Part shown: piece after piece, positions 54,400 through 64,000 of the stretch
Layout of the letters: each line of letters opens with the position of its first letter
Numbering within the stretch: position 1 is the first letter of the stretch
Origin: Octopus sinensis
Taxonomy: Eukaryota
Direction: 5' to 3'
Length of the DNA stretch: 64,000 nucleotides
NCBI RefSeq assembly: GCF_006345805.1
Contig: NC_043013.1
Coordinates: forward strand, 31,992,001-32,056,000
Position numbers and translations under genes: made by a program
The notes under the pieces: model-generated
Told to the model about the DNA's origin: nothing
Seen by the model: the letters and a program-made list of their open reading frames with translations, nothing else
The model's database searches: none

Positions 54400-54776
54400 C
54401 ATAGACACACCACACATATATATGTGTGTGTACAAAATTACATATATACAAACATACATACATCATAAATACATATATACATATATATGTATATATATAT
54501 ATATAGATATATATATATATATATATACATACATAGACACACCACACATATATATGTGTGTGTATATGTATGTATATTCTGAAACAAGAATGTTGTTGAA
54601 AGTTCATCGACGTTTCGGTCATCGGCGTTCAGTATAGAGCAAATAATTGTAAAATTGCTTTCAGAGATAGACTGACAGGCAGAATGGTAGACAGACATAC
54701 AGACAGATAGATAGATAGATAGATAGACATACAGACAGATAGATAGATAGAGATAGATAGATAGATAGATAATATA

Positions 54777-55531
54777 TTGGGTCATCCCATAAATAATGCC
54801 GTTTTTCAATTGCATGAACTACGAGCCGGTATAAACTACCTACATGGGACAGATAAACTACCTGCATCAACTTGCTATGAAAGCCGATATTAATTTTTAC
54901 TGTCCGCTTATTCATAGTGCAAGTTAAGAAGAGTGCATTTCGATTTTAACAGATATTGTTTTTTCAAAGCTATATTACAAGTGACAAAGAAGCATCTTCA
55001 TATTTTGTTCTATGAGTTTAATAAAGTCAACAATACAACGGAAAGTGAGAGGAGTATTAATGCAGTATATGGGGATTCGCCAATAAGCATAAGCCAGTAT
55101 CAAAGGTGGTTTCAGAAACATCGAGCCGGAAACTACAGCCTGGAAGACAAGGCTCATCCTGGAATATCTGTCGAGCTTGACGAAGGTCTCCTGCAAGCAA
55201 AATCCCTTTGCAACTATTGAGGAACCTGCAGAGAACCTTGGATTTAGTCATTCAACCATTCTTCGACACCAGCACTAGAAGAAAAACGACCATCTTTGGT
55301 TTCAAGACGAAAAGTGCTCTTCCATTAGGATAATGCTCGGCCACATACAACAAAGATGGCGTTCCAAAGGCTGGAGCAGTTTGAATTGGAAACTATGTCC
55401 CACCAACCATATTCGCGGGACATTGTCCCATCCGATTATCATTTATTCCCTAGTCTTCAAAATCATTTGGATGGAAAAAATATGAATTCTGTAGACGAAG
55501 TTAGAACAGTATAATTTATGGGATAACCCAA
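54777..55531 (+). mobile_element. Internally deleted mariner (Mos1/SETMAR-like DD34D) transposon, copy 1
   Basis: TIRs TTGGGTCATCCCATAAAT and ATTTATGGGATAACCCAA, left TA TSD. HTH region HILFYEFNK...INAVYGD...QRWFQKHRAGNYSLED, LGFSHSTILRH, then DNARPH and YSRDIVPSDYHLFPSLQNHL. Confidence 0.9.
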
Positions 55532-55716
55532 CACACACATAGGACTTATTCTTTGTAAGCCAAGTACTTATATATCGGTCGAGCCGCTAAGTTACAGGGA
55601 CGTAAATACACCAGCATCGGTGGTCTAGCGACAGTGAGGGTGACTCATATAGACACACAAACATACTCATACACATACATACGTAATTACACACACACAC
55701 ATACACACACACACAC

Positions 55717-55781
<65 letters not shown>

Positions 55782-55962
55782 GTATATATGTGTGTGTATA
55801 TGTATGTATATTCTGAAACAAGAATGTTGTTGAAAGTTCATCGACGTTTCGGTCATCGGCGTTCAGTATAGAGCAAATAATTGTAAAATTGCTTTCAGAG
55901 ATAGACTGACAGGCAGAATGGTAGACAGACAGACAGACAGACAGACAGATAGACAGACTGAC

Positions 55963-56033
<71 letters not shown>

Positions 56034-56066
56034 CATACAGACAGATAGATAGATAGATAGATAGAT

Positions 56067-56108
<42 letters not shown>

Positions 56109-56110
56109 TA

Positions 56111-56865
56111 TTGGGTCATCCCATAAATAATGCCGTTTTTCAATTGCATGAACTACGAGCCGGTATAAACTACCTACATGGGACAGATAAACTACCGGCA
56201 TCAACTTGCTATGAAAGCCGATATTAATTTTTACTGTCCGCTTATTCATAGTGCAAGTTAAGAAGAGTGCATTTCGATTTTAACAGATATTGTTTTTTCA
56301 AAGCTATATTACAAGTGACAAAGAAGCATCTTCATATTTTGTTCTATGAGTTTAATAAAGTCAACAATACAACGGAAAGTGAGAGGAGTATTAATGCAGT
56401 ATATGGGGATTCGCCAATAAGCATAAGCCAGTATCAAAGGTGGTTTCAGAAACATCGAGCCGGAAACTACAGCCTGGAAGACAAGGCTCATCCTGGAATA
56501 TCTGTCGAGCTTGACGAAGGTCTCCTGCAAGCAAAATCCCTTTGCAACTATTGAGGAACCTGCAGAGAACCTTGGATTTAGTCATTCAACCATTCTTCGA
56601 CACCAGCACTAGAAGAAAAACGACCATCTTTGGTTTCAAGACGAAAAGTGCTCTTCCATTAGGATAATGCTCGGCCACATACAACAAAGATGGCGTTCCA
56701 AAGGCTGGAGCAGTTTGAATTGGAAACTATGTCCCACCAACCATATTCGCGGGACATTGTCCCATCCGATTATCATTTATTCCCTAGTCTTCAAAATCAT
56801 TTGGATGGAAAAAATATGAATTCTGTAGACGAAGTTAGAACAGTATAATTTATGGGATAACCCAA
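56111..56865 (+). mobile_element. Internally deleted mariner, copy 2 (segmental duplicate)
   Basis: Same 755-bp sequence and same flanks as copy 1. Confidence 0.9.
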
Positions 56866-57037
56866 CACACACATAGGACTTATTCTTTGTAAGCCAAGTA
56901 CTTATTATATCGGTCGAGCCGCTAAGTTACAGGGACGTAAATACACCAGCATCGGTGGTCTAGCGACAGTGAGGGTGACTCATATAGACACACAAACATA
57001 CTCATACACATACATACGTAATTACACACACACACAT

Positions 57038-57097
<60 letters not shown>

Positions 57098-57099
<2 letters not shown>

Positions 57100-57243
57100 A
57101 GTAGATGTGTGGTAAGTGGCTTGCTTACCAACCACATGGTTCCGGGTTCAGTCCCAACTTGGTCAAGTATCTTCTATTATAACCACAGGCCAACTAAAGA
57201 CTTGTGAGTGGATTTGGTAGACGGAAACTGAAAGAAGCTCGTC

Positions 57244-57250
<7 letters not shown>
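57098..57250 (+). mobile_element. SINE family B head half
   Basis: Contains gtgtggtaagtggcttgcttaccaaccacatggttccgggttcagtccc...gaaagaagctcgtcg. Confidence 0.8.
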
Positions 57251-57278
<28 letters not shown>

Positions 57279-59477
57279 CTGCAGACGATATAAGGAAGAA
57301 TAGGTGAGGATTTTCAATATCAACATCCTCCTTCACCAACATTACCATGCAATCAATGCTATCAACTCTTGTATGCATGAATTGATCTATTTAATTCATG
57401 TATGTATGTATGCTGCATGTATGTATGCATATATGTATGTATGTATATATGTATGCATGTATGTATGTATCCATGCAATTATGTACGTTTGAACATGAGC
57501 AAGAATGTCGAAAATCATACTTTTAATTGATGGTTACATCATATATAACAGATGATTCTTTGTATTGTCCCAGCATATTTAGAGACAGAAAAAAAACCCA
57601 CAAATCAATATATCCAAAACTTTATGCTAATATGATGTTATCAAAGTAACCCGTAACGCAGCAGATGTGTGTGTGCTTGTGTCCATGTTAACGCTGTACT
57701 TTCTAAACAACTTTCAGAATAAGAAGGAAACGTACTGACAGAATGAATTTATGTTCGAGTCAAATTCATTGTGAAAATCAAGTTGAATAAGACTTCAGGA
57801 TTCGCCTATTGGTTTATTGAAAAAGACTAAGCAAAACTCAAGTCACAGTGAAGTTAATCTTTACATAGTACTGAACTGTGCGTATTTGTGTTTGTTTTAC
57901 TCTTTTAGCCTTAAGTGCAGTTCCCAAAATTTCGGAATTCGATGGCTGCCAATTTAACGGCAGCCATCGATGTTATAATATTATAACGTTATTCTGTACC
58001 TTCGGCTATCCAAACTTCTATTCGATGACAGAATTTTCGAAACTACTATGTTTTTCAATGGGCCCCTTTAGATATGTTCTTTAAACGCCGCTGAGAGAAA
58101 AGAAATGGTCAATAGTTTTTTTCGAAATTATACAGATCTGTGAAAGGCGTACCGTTTTCTTTAACGTGAAGCAAAATCATCGCTAACTGAACTTTAGGTT
58201 CTACTCCACATAGAATATTCTTACAGAAATACTAGCTGTGGAGAGTGATTTTACATGAAAAACTTTTCTCTGTCTACTTTCATATTTAACGCTTGATTTA
58301 TACTTTTAATAACTAGTCATAGGCTTAATAATGTATCTAAAAAGAATGCAGGGTTTCAGCTCCATCTATGACTGATGCCATATGTATTCTTTAGTTTCCA
58401 ACAGTGTTTATTTACAGATAGCGGAGGTTTCTATTGTGAATGAATCCCAGCCACCTTCGTCTTTCTATACATCAGCTGCAGTATCTTTGAAGGTACAGTC
58501 TCTTTTCATACAAAATCCTCTGATGGACATGGACACATCATCAGGGACACTTGCTGGGGCCATTAGCTATTTCGAGTCTTTCAGCATGACACACCCTCAT
58601 GCAGGAGACCCATGTGTGATTGATTAATTCCTGGCTTGTATGTGTGCCAGCACAAACACTCTGAGAGCACTGCTTATACTAGAGATCGCACCTCCTGATC
58701 CACAACCACGTTGAAGCAGATCGTTTGCATTCACCAACAAATACTGTTTTTGTAATTTTTACCAGTGGGGAGCAGCTCCTGTTGTCTTTCCACTTCATTT
58801 AGTGACTGCATAATAGTTTTCTTAGCGTAGTTTTAACTCCGTAATAAGTAGCACACTATAAAATAATTTCTAGATGTTACAGATTCTCTACGAATCTCAG
58901 ATAAGTCTAACCCTATCAGGGCGTAAAATAATAAAAAAAAACCTTATGCGTGAGGCGTCAGAATCCGTCGGTATGGAATTAAGTTTTCAGTTTCATAGTC
59001 AATATTTCATACCGATGGTTGCAACTTTTTCGTCAATTAAAATGAAGTATAATCACTGAATCAAGTCGGTTTAAACAAGTTTAGCTCATGAAAGAGAGAA
59101 TTGTCAGAGACAACAGCTTACGAATAACACACTGCAGAAACAGTATGAGATGCCAACTGCAGACATTCAAGCAGATTCAACCTTGTCTATTGTTAGAATG
59201 ATCACGTTAATGTCAGATAGAATCAAATCTCTGTGACACTACTATGAAATCGATAAGTTATCTAATGCTGTTCGTTCAATATTTGTGGCTCTGGAAATGT
59301 GATTGGGGATGGCCTCTTATGTAAACTACAAGAGACTAATTAATGAAGATCAATTCTTCAGTGGTGCTTCTCTCCTAAGAGTGACTCTCTGTAATTCTCT
59401 CTTTCTTTCTCTTAATCTTAACATTTTCCAGTTTCTGATAATTATAATCATGCTGTTGATGGTAATAAAGTTTATAA

Positions 59478-59708
59478 GGCGGCGAGCTGGCAGAAACATT
59501 ATCACGCCGGGCGAAATGCTAAGCGGTATTTCTTCCTCCGCTACGTTCTGAGTTCAAATTCCGCCGAGGTCGACTTTGCTTTTCATCCTTTCGGGGTCGA
59601 TTAAATAAGTACCACTTACGCACTGGGGTCGATGTAATCGACTTAATCCGTTTGTCTGTCCTTGTTTGTCCTCTTTGTGTATAGCCCCTTGTGGTTAGTA
59701 AAGAAAGA
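59478..59708 (+). mobile_element. SINE family A
   Basis: Full head and tail; possible TSD ggtaataaag at 59461-59470 and 59709-59718. Confidence 0.9.
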
Positions 59709-60097
59709 GGTAATAAAGCGGCTGCTCTTTGACCTATCTGCCGCATATTCTGTGAGGATGTATTGCAACATATATTTTTATCTTATGACATTGTGTTCGG
59801 TTTTTGTGGATATTTTTTTTATTTTTAAGTTGTCCGTGATAAAAGATTATTTAACTATTTTCTTACAGATGAGAAACAACGACCCAGATCTTCGTTTAAA
59901 GTGTCCCTTGTTGCTACGTGTTATGGCTGATAATAATCCTTGCAATGATGGTATTGATCATTTTCGTCTTCAGCAGCTCCGATCCAGATGATACTAACAG
60001 GCCCAAATATATCTGTAAGCCTTCCAAGGTGATATGCTAAAAAAAAATTATCTATTTTTCAAACTTTTAATCCAATAAAATAATTGCTACATTATTT

Positions 60098-60229
60098 ACA
60101 TTATTTACATTTGACAGATATTTGTCCTCATCTTGTTTGTTGTTAACACAACGTTTCGGCTGATATACCATCCGAACGTGTTAACAACAAACAAGATGAC
60201 GACAAATATCCGTCGAATGTAAATAATGT
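60098..60229. repeat. 52-bp inverted repeat (3 mismatches) with a 28-nt spacer holding the 3' half of a hammerhead motif
   Basis: Arms at 60098-60149 and 60178-60229; the minus strand of the spacer and left arm reads CAGCC-GAAAC-GTT-GTGT. Confidence 0.85.
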
Positions 60230-60859
60230 ACATAATTCCTCATCTCTAAAATATAGAAATGTAAAATATTTGCTGTATAAAACTAATGAAACAACATGTT
60301 ATGAATTCACGAATAAAGATAGGCGGACATTGTATGAGATTTTAGCTTACGCTATATTAGTATTAGTGTATTATGAAAGAATTCCTCCGCTGTCGTTCTG
60401 TCTTTTGTAAATTTCAGATGACGTTGTCCAGTATGCCATTTGTTTCCAAAGAGAGTATTACGTTTTAAGGGAGATTATGTTGCTATATCTAGCAGGCCTG
60501 GCAGCTGTGTAGTTTATCCGTGATTGCATATATACGTGCTTATGTGTGCTGAAAATTTCAATGCTGTTGTTGATATTTCTAGGCTTTCATTAGAACACTT
60601 TATTTAATTATAAGAATCATAATTTCGTAATTGATATAATCATTACAAGGAGATAATTAGTGAAATTCATATGAGTGGTTAAGATTCTCATTCTGACATA
60701 CGGCTTTTCAACCTCTCGAAGTTCTTCAAACCAATCTATGATGAAAGGTAGAGTGAGTTGATTGATTGATGTCAAGGTAAGCGAAGCAAAAGCAATGGCT
60801 ACGCAGTGGAATATAAAGAAATAATTAAAAGAATGTCTTCAGTGAATATATTCACAATA

Positions 60860-61013
60860 GTGGTTTGTAGTAAGAAGCTTGCTTCACAACCATATTGTTC
60901 CGAGTTCAGTCCCATGCGTGACGCCTTGAGCAAGTGTCTTCTTCTAAAGCCTCTGGCCGACCAAAGCCTTGTGAGTGGATTTGGTAGACGGAAACTGTAA
61001 GAAGCCCGTCGCA

Positions 61014-61066
<53 letters not shown>

Positions 61067-61216
61067 GATATGTGGTAAAAAGCTTGCTTCCCAACCATAT
61101 AATTTCGGGTTCCGTTCCATTGCGTAGCACCTTGGGCAAATGTCTTCTGCTATAGCCTCGGGCTGACCAAAGCGTTGTGAGTAGATTTAGTTTATGGAAA
61201 CTGTAAGAAACCCGTC

Positions 61217-61252
<36 letters not shown>

Positions 61253-61460
61253 ATTTGTGTATTTGTGTGTCTGTGTTTGTTTCCCACTATCGCTTGACAA
61301 CTGATATTGTCGTGTTTACGTCCCCGTAACCTAGAGGTTAGGCAAAAGAGGTTGATAGAATAAGAACTAGGGTTACATGAATAAGTCCTGGGATCGATTA
61401 TTTCTACTAAAGGCAGTATGACCACACTCAAGTGACTGAACCAAGTAAAAGAACAAAAAG
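60860..61460 (+). mobile_element. Two tandem SINE family B copies (head-only ~60860-61015; full ~61063-61460)
   Basis: Two heads (gtggtttgtagtaagaagcttgc..., gtggatatgtggtaaaaagcttgc...) separated by (TA)n, with one tail. Confidence 0.8.
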
Positions 61461-62539
61461 GTATACTTAGTGAATATAGTGTATTATTTACTATATACAC
61501 AATATTAAATATACTATACTGACTATCATATATTATCGTATACTGTAGGTACATTTTAGAGTACATTTTATATACTGTATAGTGTGGTTATATTAACTCT
61601 CATCCATCGGGTCTCAAGTTTGCAGATAGGAGAATTTCTATACGATATACAGGTTAGCCACGGTCAAAATCACGTGTTGCCCTTTGGCAAGGCACAGCAA
61701 TCGTTAGCCACTCTGCTAAGGTCACAGTGAAATCCTGAATCTCTGAAAAGACGGGAATGCCACTATCAATGGAAAACAGAGTGGTAGTAGGGAATGAAGT
61801 GCAAGACATAAAAGGTACCTTTGTCTCTGGATTTCTTCCATTTCGCAGAACTAATTCTACTGTTACGAATCCTTGTCTGGGAAATCCGTCAGTTTGAAAG
61901 GCACTGCAACTGTTTATAGGACATGCGGCTATAGTCGAGAAAATAGCAATCGAAAGGTATTATATACTGCTCTGAAATTCCTTTAGTTAATAATGCTAAA
62001 TTGTGAACATATAATATATATTCCGTGTCTGTATTTGGTTTGCAAGATTCTTGATGAGAAATTGCGTGTAGAAACAGATTTATATAGTCAAAGACTCATT
62101 ATGCCACACTCACTAGTTTTGCTTTATATTTTTTTGTTTTTATTTTATTTATTTATTTTTTGGGGTCTTTTTCCATTAGTGAAATATTTAACTCATTGTT
62201 TTAACTAATATTTAACTCGATTGTTCGATTAATGGTTCAGTCGGTTAATCTTCTCAGTTAGGTCCGTCAGATCTGTCGCCGCCGTTCGCGATGACAAGAC
62301 TGACCTCGTGCATGACATATTCTCTCTTCTGAAGGTCAGTCCGTCTCCTAGTTTACAGGTTCTGTATTTATACGGATGTTAGTGAGAATGTACGCGTGAG
62401 ACGGGATAGGCATAAAAGGATTGTGAGAGTGTGTATGTATATGCGATTATTTAAATGTCCTGTCTACATCTGGCTAACAAATCACAACATATATATTCTT
62501 TTATTATTTTATTTGTTTCCGCAATTTTACTGCGGCGAT

Positions 62540-62815
62540 ACTGGAGCACCGCCTTTAATCGAATATATCGACGCCAGGACTTATTCTTTGTAAGACTAGT
62601 ACTTATTCTATCGGTTTCTTTTGCCGAACCCCTAAGTTACGGACACGTAAACACAACAGCATCAAGCGATGTAAGAGGACAAACACAGGCACAAAATACA
62701 CACACACACATATATATATATATACGACAGGATTCTTTCAGTTTCCATCAACCGAATCCACTCACAAGGTTGTGATTGTCCCATTCTCATTCAAGATGCC
62801 ACGCAGGTCGTTGGT
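62540..62815 (-). mobile_element. Diverged SINE family B
   Basis: Contains ggagcaccgcctttaatcga...ggacttattctttgtaag...ccactcacaagg...gatgccacgcag. Confidence 0.75.
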
Positions 62816-62826
62816 AAGCATTCATG

Positions 62827-62872
<46 letters not shown>

Positions 62873-63703
62873 CGCGCGCGTGTGTGTGTGTATACATTCA
62901 TATATATATATATATATATACAGTGAGAGACAAATGAATCTATGTATTTACGTTCTACGGGCATATATACTTAATGCATCAGTAATCATTTCGTGTTATT
63001 TTCCACAAAGTGCTCAATAAATGCCTTTTCTTTTGAGGGGAGGAACAGGTCGATTACATTTTATGCACATTTTTTGTGGGCGGGGATAAATAAGTACACA
63101 AAAACTCAAAAGCTAAAATAGTGAGATGAAATATGTACAGTGATGTCTAAGTGATCAGTTATTAAAATACATACAGAGACTAAAGCTGGTTATGCGTTCA
63201 TATTAAGGCATGTTCTTTATTTTTCGATAAATAGATTTTCTTTATTTAAACGTTCTTATACAGAAATAGCTTCTTTACACTGGTAGATGGGGAAAACTGT
63301 GAAGTTTGCTTGGATATTACCTGCACATCTCTCTATGCCTTCACTCAAAGGAATCTTTGATTATATATCCATCACTGAATATATTTCATCTCACCAAGTT
63401 AGCTTTTGAATATTTGTATATTTGTTTATCCCCCGGCAAGAAAAAAAAAATATGAGCAATTACCTCGCCTGTCCTGAATAATAATAATCACCAATTACCT
63501 CTCTTAGATTTTGCTATTTGTTGATTCATTCACAAACTCTCAGTCAATAACATGGACTAAAATCTTGTTATAAAAATAAGAAATTACAATAATTTCAATG
63601 GCATGATTAGCGAAAGCGAAACTGCTCGACAAGCACAATACACTTACACTTACAAAATATATTGAAAAATATGTTAAAACTATGTGCATTTTCCTTTTTC
63701 TAT

Positions 63704-63776
<73 letters not shown>

Positions 63777-64000
63777 GAGTTATTTGGAAACGCATCATTA
63801 AGTTAATACAGTAAAGGAATTCCTGAATGGTAAGGAACGGAAGACAATGAAGCACAAGACGACTGACCATGGGTCGATGGGCATGGCCACATTTTCTTGA
63901 AATATTTTATTTTCATATCGTTTCGTTCTAGTCATTTGCTATTCTTTTAATCATAAAGAAACTTTATTCAATTTTTTTCTAAAGTGGAGACAAAAGACGA

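Larger units (their letters stand above)
54555..57060 (+). repeat. Near-identical ~1.3-kb tandem duplication containing a mariner relic
   Basis: The unique portions are offset by ~1260-1334 bp, with only 1-2 differences outside the microsatellites. Confidence 0.95.

Noticed and set aside
54600-54640. GAAACGTC hammerhead-like end on the minus strand (duplicated at ~55840)
   Set aside because: No stem II, no intact CUGANGA and no stem I partner; at most a remnant.
61850-61956. Segment with a good acceptor and donor
   Set aside because: Stops occur in all three frames and there is no expression evidence; it cannot be supported as an exon.

Overview
This is a very AT-rich, microsatellite-saturated, repeat-dominated eukaryotic region. 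By inference from the SINE families and the (TA)n/(GATA)n density it is most likely cephalopod (Octopus-like) intergenic or intronic DNA. No intact host protein-coding gene could be supported; nearly all listed ORFs are microsatellite or SINE translations. Recognisable elements: (1) a degenerate Ty3/Gypsy gag with its LTR (1-1124, minus) plus two related LTR-like copies; (2) a 5'-truncated Penelope-like retroelement (Neptune-type RT C-terminus, Cys linker and GIY-YIG endonuclease, minus, ~28790-31832), bracketed by (TA)n and carrying a type I hammerhead ribozyme fold near its 3' end; (3) several more hammerhead-like remnants and foldback (inverted) structures, several anchored on (TA)n; (4) an R4/Dong-type non-LTR 3' fragment abutting an (AAT)n array; (5) Tc1/mariner relics, one inside a ~1.3 kb tandem duplication; (6) a MITE with perfect 65-bp TIRs; (7) four tRNA-derived SINE families with many copies, several with clear TSDs; (8) local duplications, including a duplicated 159-bp exon-like unit. 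The most interesting theme is a microsatellite-anchored Penelope/hammerhead/foldback system. All assignments are by eye, without database searches.
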